Positions 1 to 9,749 of a stretch of DNA of 64,000 nucleotides are shown here, in pieces; within the stretch, counting starts at the first letter, position 1, and every line of letters starts with the position of its first letter. The DNA is taken from NCBI GenBank assembly GCA_965250285.1, contig OZ252299.1, forward strand, positions 1,984,001-2,048,000, given 5' to 3'. Below the pieces are notes generated by a model. That model saw only the letters and a program-made list of their open reading frames with translations, ran no database searches and was not told where the DNA came from. The DNA is from Myxococcota bacterium (GTDB lineage: Bacteria > Myxococcota_A > UBA9160 > UBA4427). Position numbers and translations under genes: made by a program.

Positions 1-1364
1 ACGATGCGACCGCTCGGCGCGCGATAGTAGTCGCCGCAGCCCTGCCCCCACGGCTCGACCTTCGCGATCTCGCGCTGGAGCGCCTCGTTGTAGGCGGCCA
101 TCGCTTCGGGTCGAACGTCGATCCAGGCGAGCGCTTCCCGATCGAGGCGCTCGATGGCGCGCAGCGCGTAGTCGGCCTCCTGCTCGATCGAGTGGATCAG
201 CGAGTCGGCGTTGGTGTTCGGACCGTAGAGCATGAAGAGGTTCGGAAAGCCCGCCGTCGTGACGCCCTTGTAGGCGATCGCACCATCCGACCACGCGTCG
301 GCGAGCGCCAGCCCCCCTCGCCCGCGCACGTCGATCGAGCTGAGGTAGTCGGTCGTGCGAAATCCCGTGGCGTAGACGATCGTGTCGGCCGGCCGCTCTG
401 CGCCGTCGATCGTCCGCACACCCGTCGCCGTGACACGCTCGATGGGATCGGTCACCAGTGCCAGGTTCGGGCGATTGAAGGCCGGGTAATAGTCGTTCGA
501 GAACAGCGGCCGCTTGCAGCCCCAGGGATAGTCGGGCGTGAGCTTCGCGCGCAGCTCGGGGTCATCGACGAGCGCAATGTTGCCGAGGCAGTCAGCCGTG
601 ATGTCGGGGGAGACTTCGCCGAAGCGCAGCGCCCCGTGCGCGTCGATGCCGTCGTAGATCGCCTGGCGAAACGCGGCCGCGATGTTCGGATCCGCTCGCA
701 GCTGCGCGCGTTGCTCGTCGGTGTACGGGTCGTCTTCTTTCGGCGCGATCCAGTTGGCCGTGCGCTGATAGAGGTCGACCTGGGCTGCAACGTCGACGAT
801 CTTCGGAACGAACTGCACGGCGCTCGCCGCGCTGCCGATGACTGCGACGCGCTCGCCGGCCAGATCGTGATCATGCTGCCAGCGGGCCGAGTGAAAGTGC
901 GTGCCCTCGAATGCGTCCATCCCCTCGATGTCGGGCCAACTCGGGTTCGCGAACATGCCGAGGCCGCTGACGAGCACCTCGGCCTCGACGTGATCGCCGC
1001 TCGCGAGCTCGATCGCCCAGCGCGCGTCGGCATCGCTCCACCGAGCCGATCGCACGTCGGACCCGAACCGGATGTGCGGGGTCAGATCGTACTTGTCGAC
1101 GCACGACTCGAGGTACTCGAGGATCTCGGGCTGGGTGGCATAGGGCTTCGACCACTCGGGCTTGATCTCGAACGAGTAGCAGTAGAGGAACGACGGGATG
1201 TCGCACTCGCAGCCCGGGTAGGTGTTGTCGTGCCAGGTGCCTCCCACCCCGGCGTTGCGTTCGAGCAGGACGAAGTCGTCGCGCCCCGATTGCTTGAGCC
1301 GGATCCCCATACAGATCCCGGCGACCCCTGCGCCGAGAATCGCGACCCTTCGCTGAACACGCAT
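1..1364 (-). CDS. Baeyer-Villiger/flavin-containing monooxygenase (3' end runs off the window)
   Basis: Not in the ORF track (no stop in window). Manual translation from ATG 1364: MRVQRRVAILGAGVAG (GxGxxG), GGTWHDNTYPGCECD, BVMO fingerprint FEGTHFHSARW, second Rossmann GSAASA, ATGF. Confidence 0.92.
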   Translation of the reverse strand, partial: MRVQRRVAILGAGVAGICMGIRLKQSGRDDFVLLERNAGVGGTWHDNTYPGCECDIPSFLYCYSFEIKPEWSKPYATQPEILEYLESCVDKYDLTPHIRFGSDVRSARWSDADARWAIELASGDHVEAEVLVSGLGMFANPSWPDIEGMDAFEGTHFHSARWQHDHDLAGERVAVIGSAASAVQFVPKIVDVAAQVDLYQRTANWIAPKEDDPYTDEQRAQLRADPNIAAAFRQAIYDGIDAHGALRFGEVSPDITADCLGNIALVDDPELRAKLTPDYPWGCKRPLFSNDYYPAFNRPNLALVTDPIERVTATGVRTIDGAERPADTIVYATGFRTTDYLSSIDVRGRGGLALADAWSDGAIAYKGVTTAGFPNLFMLYGPNTNADSLIHSIEQEADYALRAIERLDREALAWIDVRPEAMAAYNEALQREIAKVEPWGQGCGDYYRAPSGRI

Positions 1365-1381
1365 GGCGCCCCCTTCGGCCG

Positions 1382-2992
1382 TCACCGCTGCACCTCGAAA
1401 CCCGCGGCCTGGCGATCCCAGGTCGCGGCGGTCACGCCGGCATCGCGCAGGGCGAACTTCTGCACCTTGTTCGTGGGCGTGTACGGCAACGCATCGACCC
1501 ACTCGACGTAGCGCGGGACGAAGTAGTACGGCGCGTTCTCGTTGATGAACGTACACAGCGTCTCGGACGAGAGATCGGCGCCGGGCTCCCGTACGACGTT
1601 GAGCTTGAGTTCGTGCTCGCTCTCGACCTCGCGGCTCTGCACTCCGAAGGCGGCGACGTCCGCGACGCCCGGGCAGCGTCGCACGACGCTCTCGACCTCG
1701 AGCGTCGAGATGTTGCGTCCCGCGAAGCGCACCACGTCTTTCTTGCGATCGACGTAGAAGTACGCGCCCGTCTCGGGATCTTGACGCGCGAGGTCGCCGG
1801 TCAGGAAGTAGCCATCGCGATACGCCGCGTCGGTGGCACCGGGGTCGTCGAAGTAGCCATTGAACAGCACGTGCGGATCGAGCGCCTTGATGCAGATCTC
1901 GCCGGGCTCGCCGGGCGCGACTTCGCGCCCGGCGTCGTCGCACAGCCGAACGTCGGTGTCGTCGGCCGGGAACCCGAGCGCATAGGTCGGTACGTCGTCT
2001 CGGTCTTCGGCCTGCGTCATCACCAGCTGGATCTCGCTCTGCCCCAGGCCCGACCGGATCAGCTTCACCCCGAAGCGCGCCTCGAACGCCTTCCAGAGCT
2101 GCGGCGGCATCGGTACGACCTGCAGCGCGCGCAGCGTGTGATCGGCATCGTCATCGCGCTCGGGCGCATTCCAGAGAAAGACGCCCATCGCGCCCAGCAG
2201 GAAGGTCTGCGTGACGCCGAGCTCACGCACGCGGTCCCAGAACTGCGAGACCGAGAAGCGCGACTCGATCACGACCGTGATGCCCTCGATGAAAGCCCGC
2301 AACACGCACGTCACCCAAGCGCCCGAGTGGTAGAGCGGCAGCGTGCAGTACACGACGTCCCCGTCGCGGCTCGCATACGGCGGCGAGGCCCCTTTCGTGA
2401 TGGGCCGGATCCAGCTCTTGTAGCTCTGCATGACGCCCTTGCTGCGACCGGTCGTGCCCGAAGTCCAGAGCACGGCGCACGTATCCCCCATGGCGAGCTC
2501 TGCGTAGTCGCTCACGAGCGGGTCGGCTTCGAGCAGCTCGTCGTACGAGCGGGTGTTCTCCGGGAGGCTCCCCTCGGTCAGCACGACGACCTCGGTCTGG
2601 GGCAGCGCCGCCCGCTCGGCGAGCACGCGATCGCAGTAGTCGCCATCGGTCACGAGCAGCGCGTAGCGCGACCGCTGCAGCGTCTCGACGAGCCACGCGC
2701 CCTTGTAGTCGGTGCAGATCGGGATCCAGACCGCGCCGAGCTTGTTGATCGCGAACGTCAGCAGAACCAGCTCGGGCCGGTTGCCCATCAAGATCGCGAC
2801 GCGGTCGCCGCGCCCGATGCCGAGCTTCGCGAGGCCGCCCGCGAGTCGGTCGGTCATCGCGTCGGCCTCGGCATAGGTGATGCGCACCCCATCGCCGAGC
2901 AGGAAGACGGTGTCGCCGCAGGCGTTCGCCTGGGCGCGCATCATCTTGCCGAAAACGCAATCGGCCGGATCGGTCAGGTCGAGCCTGTGCAT
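1382..2992 (-). CDS. AMP-binding acyl-CoA synthetase (CaiC-like)
   Basis: WTSGTTGRSKG P-loop, FLTGDL, DRKKD, LPYTPTNKVQK motifs. Confidence 0.9.
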   Translation of the reverse strand: MHRLDLTDPADCVFGKMMRAQANACGDTVFLLGDGVRITYAEADAMTDRLAGGLAKLGIGRGDRVAILMGNRPELVLLTFAINKLGAVWIPICTDYKGAWLVETLQRSRYALLVTDGDYCDRVLAERAALPQTEVVVLTEGSLPENTRSYDELLEADPLVSDYAELAMGDTCAVLWTSGTTGRSKGVMQSYKSWIRPITKGASPPYASRDGDVVYCTLPLYHSGAWVTCVLRAFIEGITVVIESRFSVSQFWDRVRELGVTQTFLLGAMGVFLWNAPERDDDADHTLRALQVVPMPPQLWKAFEARFGVKLIRSGLGQSEIQLVMTQAEDRDDVPTYALGFPADDTDVRLCDDAGREVAPGEPGEICIKALDPHVLFNGYFDDPGATDAAYRDGYFLTGDLARQDPETGAYFYVDRKKDVVRFAGRNISTLEVESVVRRCPGVADVAAFGVQSREVESEHELKLNVVREPGADLSSETLCTFINENAPYYFVPRYVEWVDALPYTPTNKVQKFALRDAGVTAATWDRQAAGFEVQR

Positions 2993-3169
2993 GGCGCCCC
3001 CTCGTCGTTCGTTCGGGGTGCGGAGATTAGCCGCGCCCGCTGCACACGCGCGCCGCGCGGTGCCTTCCGAAGGAAGCCGCCGGCGCTACTCGCGCGCCGC
3101 CCCATGCGCCATCATCGAAGTGAGCCGCGTTGGGCGCGGCCCGCGTAGACGAGGCCCGACCGCCCGACG

Positions 3170-4117
3170 ATGCCCAGCCAATCGACCGATCCGCGCACGC
3201 CCTTCGGGCACCGCACCGTCACCGAGGCCGACGTCGCCCGCTTCGGCGAGCTCACCGCCGACTACGCGCGCATCCACCTCGACCACGCGCTCGGTCGCAC
3301 CCTGCCCGGCGGTCGGGGCTTTGCCCATGGCCTGCTGGGCGCAGCGTGGGCGCTGGGCGCACTCACGCGGTGGGCGCCCGATCGCGTGGGTCGGGGCGAC
3401 CCCGCCGCGCAGGTGAGTGCGTTCGAGGTGCGCTTCGCTGCGCCGATCTTCTTCGGCGACACGCTCTCATTCGAGTGGGACGAGGCCGATGGCCAGACCA
3501 GCTTCGAAGCACGCGCTGACGATGGCCGGGTCACGACGCGGGGGCGGCTCGAGCTCGAGCGGGGCGAGGGCGTCGGCGACGCTGCGCCCGCGCCGGCGGC
3601 CCCGATCCCGACCGAACCACCGCCGGCGTCGGGCTGGACCGCGGAAGACGTGCTGGCCCACGGCCCGCGCGGAACCGAACGCATCCGCACCTTGACCGAG
3701 GCCGACGTGCTCGAGTACGTGCGCTTCACAGGCGAGCTGAACCCGCTCTATCTCGACGCGCCCTTTGCCGAAGCGAGCTTGCGCAAGGGGCGCATCGCGC
3801 CCCCGATGCTCTGCTTCTGCCTGGCGTTCTCGACGTGGCTCGACGGTCTGATGGGGCTGCCCCTGGCCGGCGACGAGCGCAGCGCCGGACACCTGGGGGA
3901 CCGCTGGCGGGTCGTCGCGCCGGCGCGCGTGGGGGACACCTTGTCGGTGCGATTCGCACCGAGCCGACTGCGGCGCACCCGCAGCCGACCGGATCAGGGC
4001 GTCCTGACCTTCGGCCTCGAGCTGCTGGCCGAGGGCGAAAGGCGGCTCCAGACCGCCGAAGTCGACATCATGCTGCCGATGCGCCCGATCGAGCCCGAAA
4101 ACGCCTCGCCGGCTTGA
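3170..4117 (+). CDS. Tandem MaoC-family (double hot-dog) dehydratase
   Basis: Two MaoC-like units: RTVTEADVARFGELTADYARIHLD...FAAPIFFGDTL and RTLTEADV...TGELNPLYLD...PARVGDTL. Confidence 0.8.
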   Translation: MPSQSTDPRTPFGHRTVTEADVARFGELTADYARIHLDHALGRTLPGGRGFAHGLLGAAWALGALTRWAPDRVGRGDPAAQVSAFEVRFAAPIFFGDTLSFEWDEADGQTSFEARADDGRVTTRGRLELERGEGVGDAAPAPAAPIPTEPPPASGWTAEDVLAHGPRGTERIRTLTEADVLEYVRFTGELNPLYLDAPFAEASLRKGRIAPPMLCFCLAFSTWLDGLMGLPLAGDERSAGHLGDRWRVVAPARVGDTLSVRFAPSRLRRTRSRPDQGVLTFGLELLAEGERRLQTAEVDIMLPMRPIEPENASPA

Positions 4118-4141
4118 CCGACCCTCGGCCGCGCATAGCTT
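4114..4141 (+). promoter_or_regulatory. Putative sigma70 promoter for lon-1
   Basis: TTGACC-N16-TAGCTT, ending about 77 nt upstream of the ATG at 4218. Confidence 0.4.
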
Positions 4142-4217
4142 CCCGCGCCGGACCGCGGAATGCCCCGCAGGCCCCCGGGGCACGCGACGCACGCCCCGAT
4201 GGAGACGCGAGCCCATC

Positions 4218-6647
4218 ATGACCGAAGACGGGTCCCGAGACCCCGACGCCGAGACCCCCTCGGCTGCCCCGCAGACTGGCGCGCCCACCACCGAGATCGA
4301 AGACGCGAGCGGTGAACGCTTCGTCGTCCCGGCCAGCGTTCCCCTGCTGCCGGTGCGCGACATGGTCGTCTACCCCGGCGTGACCGTGCCGCTCACGATC
4401 GGTCGACCCAAGTCGCTGTCGGCCCTCGAGGCCGCCGGGCATCAGGGCTTCATGCTGATCGCGACCCAGAAGGAGGCCGCCACTGAGGACCCGAACCTCG
4501 GCGACCTCTACGAGACCGGCACCCTCGTCCGCGTGCTGCGCGTCGTCGATGCGCGCGAGAACAGCAAGCAGGCCCTCGTGGTCGGCATCGGTCGCGCGCG
4601 CATCGACGCCCTCGAGGCCACCGAGCCCCACCTGACCGCCCGACTCGACTACCTGCCCGACCTGGCGAGCCTGCAGGCCGACGAAGGGCCGTGGAACCGC
4701 GCGATCGAGCTCGCCCAGCAGGTGATCGATCTGCGTGAGGACTATCCCAACGAATGGAAGGCGTTCATCGCGAACGTGCCGACCCCCGGCATGCTCGCCG
4801 ACATGCTGACTTCGAACCTCGCGCTCTCGCTCGAAGACAACATCGAGATCCTGCGCGAGACCGATCCGATGCAGCGGCTCGAGATCGTCGCGCGCCACCT
4901 CGAGCGCGAGGTGACGATCGCCGAGACCCAGCGCGCCCTGCGCAGCGAGACTGACGAAGGCGTCGACCAGAAGCGCCGAGAGCGCATGCTGCGCCGCCGC
5001 ATGCGCGCCATCGAGGCCGAGATCGGCGAGGGCGATGCGGGCTTCCGCGAGGTGGACGAGCTGCGCGACAAGCTCGAGACCGCCGAGCTCCCGGACGAGG
5101 CCTACGAGCAGGCGGAGCGCGAGCTCAAGCGCCTTTCGGCGCTGCCCCAGCACGCCCCCGACCGTCACCTGATCCGCACCTATCTCGAGTGGATGCTCGA
5201 GCTGCCGTGGAGCGTCGAGACCGACGACCAGCTCGATCTGCATCGTGCGCGCGAGGTCCTCGACGCCGACCATCACGGGCTCGACAAGGTGAAGGAGCGC
5301 ATCCTCGAGTTCCTCGCCGTGCGCAAGCTCGCGCCCGAATCGAAGGCGCCGATCCTGTGCTTCGTGGGTCCGCCCGGTGTCGGCAAGACGTCACTCGGCA
5401 AGTCGATCGCGACCTCGATGGGCCGAAAGTTCACGCGCGCATCGCTGGGCGGTGTGCGCGACGAGGCCGAGATTCGCGGCCATCGCCGCACCTACGTCGG
5501 CGCGATGCCGGGTCGCATCATCCAGGGGCTCAAGCGCGCGGGCTCGCGCAACCCGATCTTCCTGCTCGACGAGATCGACAAGCTCGGCAGCGACTTCCGC
5601 GGCGACCCCTCGAGCGCGCTGCTCGAAGTGCTCGACCCGGAGCAGAACAAGACGTTCAGCGATCACTACATCGAATCGCCGTTCGACCTCTCGCGCGTGC
5701 TCTTCATCGCGACGGCGAACACGCTGTCGACGATCCCGGCCGCCCTGCTCGACCGCATGGAGGTGATCGAGCTGTCGGGCTACACCGAGGCCGAGAAGCT
5801 CGTGATCGCCGAGAAGTATCTCGTACCCCGCCAGCTCGAGGCCCACGGCCTCGAGGCATCGCAGATCCACCTGGGCGACGAGGCGGTGCAGAAGGTCGTG
5901 GCCGAGTACACGCGCGAGGCCGGGGTGCGCAACCTCGAGCGCTTCGTCGCGACGTTGATGCGAAAGAGCGCCCGCAAGGTCGCCGAGAACGGCCCCGAGA
6001 CGGTGGTCGAGGTCGACGGCGACTTCGTCGGCGAGGCGCTCGGCGCCCCGCCCCACCTGCCCGAGACCGCCGAGCGGACGTCGATGCCTGGCGTCGCCGT
6101 CGGCCTCGCCGTCACGGCGCACGGCGGCGACATCCTCTTCATCGAGGCGACGAACAGCCCCGGCGGCAAGGGTTTGCGCCTGCGGCTCACGGGCCAGCTC
6201 GGCGACGTGATGCGCGAATCGGCCGAGGCGGCGCTCTCGTGGGTGCGCGCACACGCGGCGCAGCTCGGGCTCTCGGAAGAGGCGCTCGCTCCCGGCGAGA
6301 TCCACCTCCACGTGCCGGCCGGCGCGGTGCCGAAAGACGGCCCCTCGGCGGGTGTGGCCCTCGTCACGGCGCTGGTCTCGGTGCTCTCGAATCGCAAGGC
6401 CGAGGGCAAGGTGGCGATGACGGGTGAGATCTCGCTCCGCGGCCGGGTGCTTCCGGTGGGGGGGATCAAGGGCAAGCTCTTTGCCGCTTCACGCGCCGGC
6501 ATCGAGCGCGTCGTGATCCCGCGCCGCAACGAGAAGGATCTCGTCGAGGTCCCCGACGAGGTGAAGGCCGGTCTCGACATCCGCCTGGTCGACACCATCG
6601 ACGAGGCGCTCGCACTGACGATCCCCGAGCCGGCCGAGGCGCACTGA
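4218..6647 (+). CDS. lon: ATP-dependent Lon protease (paralog 1)
   Basis: LON N-domain, Walker A GPPGVGKT, LLDEIDK, PKDGPSAG catalytic Ser, GGIKGK catalytic Lys. Confidence 0.97.
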   Translation: MTEDGSRDPDAETPSAAPQTGAPTTEIEDASGERFVVPASVPLLPVRDMVVYPGVTVPLTIGRPKSLSALEAAGHQGFMLIATQKEAATEDPNLGDLYETGTLVRVLRVVDARENSKQALVVGIGRARIDALEATEPHLTARLDYLPDLASLQADEGPWNRAIELAQQVIDLREDYPNEWKAFIANVPTPGMLADMLTSNLALSLEDNIEILRETDPMQRLEIVARHLEREVTIAETQRALRSETDEGVDQKRRERMLRRRMRAIEAEIGEGDAGFREVDELRDKLETAELPDEAYEQAERELKRLSALPQHAPDRHLIRTYLEWMLELPWSVETDDQLDLHRAREVLDADHHGLDKVKERILEFLAVRKLAPESKAPILCFVGPPGVGKTSLGKSIATSMGRKFTRASLGGVRDEAEIRGHRRTYVGAMPGRIIQGLKRAGSRNPIFLLDEIDKLGSDFRGDPSSALLEVLDPEQNKTFSDHYIESPFDLSRVLFIATANTLSTIPAALLDRMEVIELSGYTEAEKLVIAEKYLVPRQLEAHGLEASQIHLGDEAVQKVVAEYTREAGVRNLERFVATLMRKSARKVAENGPETVVEVDGDFVGEALGAPPHLPETAERTSMPGVAVGLAVTAHGGDILFIEATNSPGGKGLRLRLTGQLGDVMRESAEAALSWVRAHAAQLGLSEEALAPGEIHLHVPAGAVPKDGPSAGVALVTALVSVLSNRKAEGKVAMTGEISLRGRVLPVGGIKGKLFAASRAGIERVVIPRRNEKDLVEVPDEVKAGLDIRLVDTIDEALALTIPEPAEAH

Positions 6648-6694
6648 CAGGGTCGAGGCCGTCGTCCGTGCGGCCGGGCCGCTAGACTCACCGC

Positions 6695-7822
6695 GTGCGC
6701 GTGGCCCTCGTTCACGACTGGCTGACCGGCGTTCGCGGGGGCGAACGCGTGCTCGACGTGATCGCGCGGGCCTGGCCCGACGCCGAGATCCACACCCTGT
6801 TCCATGTCGAGGGGTCGGCGACCCCTGCCCTCGAAGAGCGTCGCATCCACACGAGCCCACTCGATCGGCTGCCCGGCCGCGCGCGCTACTACCGTGCGCT
6901 GCTGCCGCTCTACCCGTGGGCCGTGCGGCAGCTCGACGTCGGCGATGTCGACCTGGTCGTCTCGACGAGCCACGCCGTCGCCAAGGCCGTGCGCGTACCC
7001 AACGGTGCCCAGCACCTCAGCTACTGCTTCACGCCCATGCGCTACGTGTGGGATCAGATCGACGCCTACCTCGGTCGCGGAGCGCGGCGCCGCCTCTCGA
7101 TGCCGCTGGTGCGGCGGCTGCGCGCCTTCGACGTGGCGACGAGCGGGCCCCACCAGGTCGACCGATTCCTCGCGATCTCGAGCACCGTCGCGCGGCGGAT
7201 CCAGCAGACCTACGGGCGTGAGGCGCCCGTCATCGCGCCCCCCGTCGACCTCGAACAGTTCACGCCGAGCGGCGAGCCCCCGAGCGACGCGTATCTGCTG
7301 GTGAGCGGCTTCGTGCCCTACAAGGCCGATGCGCTCGCGCTCCGCGCGTTCGCCCGCTGCGGCCGCCCCCTGATCGTCGCAGGTGATGGGCCGCTGCGCG
7401 CGCGCTTGGAGAGCGACGCGCCCCCCAACGTGCGCTTCGTCGGACGCGTGAGCGATGCGGCCCTCGCCGGGCTCTACGCCGAATGTCGGGCGCTCGTGCA
7501 CCCCCAGCTCGAAGACTTCGGGCTCATCGCCGTCGAGGCCCAGGCCTGCGGCCGACCGGTCATCGCCTTCGGTCGCGGGGGCGTTCGCGACACCGTGCGG
7601 CCCCTCGGCGACGCGACGCCGAGCGGCGTCTTCTTCGACGAGCAGACGCCCGAAGCCCTGATCGATGCCCTCGATCGCTTCGAAGCCCATGCTTCGGCGT
7701 TCGAGCCCGAAGCCATTCGTCGCCACGCCGAGCGCTTCGGTCACAAACGTTTCCTCGAGGCACTGATGCACGAGGTCGATGACCTCGTCGCGCGCCGCGA
7801 CCGAGAAGGCACGGCGCGATGA
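6695..7822 (+). CDS. Glycosyltransferase family 4
   Basis: MRVALVHDWL..RGGERV N-terminus; EDFGLIAVEAQACG (ExFGxxxxE). Confidence 0.92.
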   Translation: MRVALVHDWLTGVRGGERVLDVIARAWPDAEIHTLFHVEGSATPALEERRIHTSPLDRLPGRARYYRALLPLYPWAVRQLDVGDVDLVVSTSHAVAKAVRVPNGAQHLSYCFTPMRYVWDQIDAYLGRGARRRLSMPLVRRLRAFDVATSGPHQVDRFLAISSTVARRIQQTYGREAPVIAPPVDLEQFTPSGEPPSDAYLLVSGFVPYKADALALRAFARCGRPLIVAGDGPLRARLESDAPPNVRFVGRVSDAALAGLYAECRALVHPQLEDFGLIAVEAQACGRPVIAFGRGGVRDTVRPLGDATPSGVFFDEQTPEALIDALDRFEAHASAFEPEAIRRHAERFGHKRFLEALMHEVDDLVARRDREGTAR

Positions 7823-8979
7823 CGACCCGACGCGACCGCATCGAGATGGCCGATCTCGCGCGGCTCCACGCGCCGCTGCGCGACGACCTGCTCGCCGAAG
7901 CCGCCCGCGTCGTCGACGGCGGGCAGTACGTGCTCGGAGACCCCGTCGACCGGTTCGAACGTGACTTCGCTCGGACGCTCGGCACCGTGCACGCCGTCGG
8001 ATGCAACTCGGGCACCGATGCGCTCGTGCTCGCGCTGGCCGCGCTCGGCCTCGGCTCGGGCGACCGGGTGGTGTGCCCGGCCTTCTCGTTCTTTGCGACG
8101 GCAAGCGCGATCGCGCGGGTCGGCGCGACGCCGGTCTTGGCCGACGTCGACCCGCTCGACGCCAACCTCGACCCGTCGAGCGCCGCAGCGGCGGCCGCCG
8201 CGGTCGGCGGGGTCAGCGCCTTCGTGATCGCCGACCTGTACGGCCGCTGCGCCGAAGTCAGCAAAGTGCGCGCCCTCGCCGCGCGCGGCGGGGCCCGGGT
8301 GATCGAGGACGCTGCCCAGGCCATCGGCGCACTCGACGCCGACGGCCGCACAGCGGGCAGCCGCGCCGACGTCGGCTGCTTCAGTCTCTACCCCACGAAG
8401 AACCTGGGCGCGCTCGGCGATGGCGGCGTCGTGGTGACCGATGATGCGGAATGCGCCGGCGCCATGCGCCGCCTCCGCAGCCACGGCGTCGACGCCACGG
8501 GGCGTCACGCCGACATCGGCCTGAACAGTCGGCTCGATACGCTGCAGGCCGCCTGGCTGGGCGTGAAGCTCGCGTGGCTCGACAAGTGGAACGAGGCGCG
8601 ACGCAGCCACGCAGCCGGCTACCGGGATCGCTTCGAATCCGCGCTCGGCGACCCCGAACGCGTCGGCCTGAGGCTGCCCCGGCCCGACCGGGGGGACGAG
8701 CGCTCGGTGGCCCATCAGTACGTCGTGCGCGTGCCGGCCGAGCGGCGCGCAGCCCTGCGCCGCTACCTCGACGAGCGGGGCATCGCCAGCGCGATCTACT
8801 ACGACACGCCGCTCCACCGCGAGCCGGCGCTCGCCCGCATCGCCGAAACGCCCGTGCCCCTCATCGAGTCGGAGCACGCCGCGGCGACGGGTCTCGCGCT
8901 TCCGGTGCACCCGATGCTCAGCCCGGACGATCTCGACCGCGTGACGACGGCCGTCAGTGCCTTCCTGAAGGGCGCCTGA
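7819..8979 (+). CDS. DegT/DnrJ/EryC1/StrS sugar aminotransferase
   Basis: NSGTDAL, IEDAAQA, SLYPTKNLGALGDGG (PLP Lys), NSRLDTLQAA; ATGA overlap with GT4. Confidence 0.93.
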   Translation: MTTRRDRIEMADLARLHAPLRDDLLAEAARVVDGGQYVLGDPVDRFERDFARTLGTVHAVGCNSGTDALVLALAALGLGSGDRVVCPAFSFFATASAIARVGATPVLADVDPLDANLDPSSAAAAAAAVGGVSAFVIADLYGRCAEVSKVRALAARGGARVIEDAAQAIGALDADGRTAGSRADVGCFSLYPTKNLGALGDGGVVVTDDAECAGAMRRLRSHGVDATGRHADIGLNSRLDTLQAAWLGVKLAWLDKWNEARRSHAAGYRDRFESALGDPERVGLRLPRPDRGDERSVAHQYVVRVPAERRAALRRYLDERGIASAIYYDTPLHREPALARIAETPVPLIESEHAAATGLALPVHPMLSPDDLDRVTTAVSAFLKGA

Positions 8980-8987
8980 GGCAAGCG

Positions 8988-9749
8988 TCAGACCCGCGCG
9001 AGACCGGCCCGGACGATCTCGCGCGCGTATCGCAGCGTCGTGCGGGCGAGCGGGGTCTTGCTCCGCCCCGCCCGGCGCGGCGGATAGACGACCGGCAGCT
9101 CGACGATCTCGAAGCCGTGGGCGCCGAGCGCGGACACGAGTCGCAGATAGTAGTCGCCGTACCCGCGAAAGATCGCGTCGAGGGGCAGCTCCTCGAGCCG
9201 CGCGCGGTGCGCAACGAAGAAGCCGGCGAACAGATCGGTGGCCTCGACGCGCAACATCCGCCGGGCCAGCGCACTCATCGCGCGGCTGCCGAGCTGGCGG
9301 CCCGCGCTGTACATCCCGCCGCCGGCCAGAAAACGCGATCCGCTCACGATGGCGCGCTCGCCGGGCAGATCGCGCGCACGGGCGATCAGCCGGGGCAGAT
9401 CGTCGGGATCGTGGTTGAAGTCGGCGTCCATCACGACGACCCAGTCACCCCGCGCCGCGCGGATCCCGTCGAGGATCGACGCGGCAAGCCCCCGCTGGCC
9501 GCGTCGCTCGAGCACGCGAACGGAGGGATCCGCGGCGTACGTCGCCCGGACGAGGTCGGCGGTGCCGTCCGGGCTCGCGTCGTCGGCAACGACGATGTCG
9601 CTGGCACAACCCGCGCGTTCGAGCGCGTGCCCGACGGCTGCGATGAGCGCGCAGATCGAGCCCGACTCCTGGTAGGTCGGGAGCACGACGCTGACGCGCG
9701 ACACGGGCATGGGCGGCGCCGTGCGAACGATCGCCTGCTCATCCGACAC
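8988..9749 (-). CDS. GT2 polyprenol-phosphate glycosyltransferase (DPM1-like)
   Basis: VSVVLPTYQE, DDASPDGT, MDADFNHDP, RRAGRSK; start GTG 9749 or ATG 9710 (track ORF over-extended). Confidence 0.88.
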   Translation of the reverse strand: MSDEQAIVRTAPPMPVSRVSVVLPTYQESGSICALIAAVGHALERAGCASDIVVADDASPDGTADLVRATYAADPSVRVLERRGQRGLAASILDGIRAARGDWVVVMDADFNHDPDDLPRLIARARDLPGERAIVSGSRFLAGGGMYSAGRQLGSRAMSALARRMLRVEATDLFAGFFVAHRARLEELPLDAIFRGYGDYYLRLVSALGAHGFEIVELPVVYPPRRAGRSKTPLARTTLRYAREIVRAGLARV

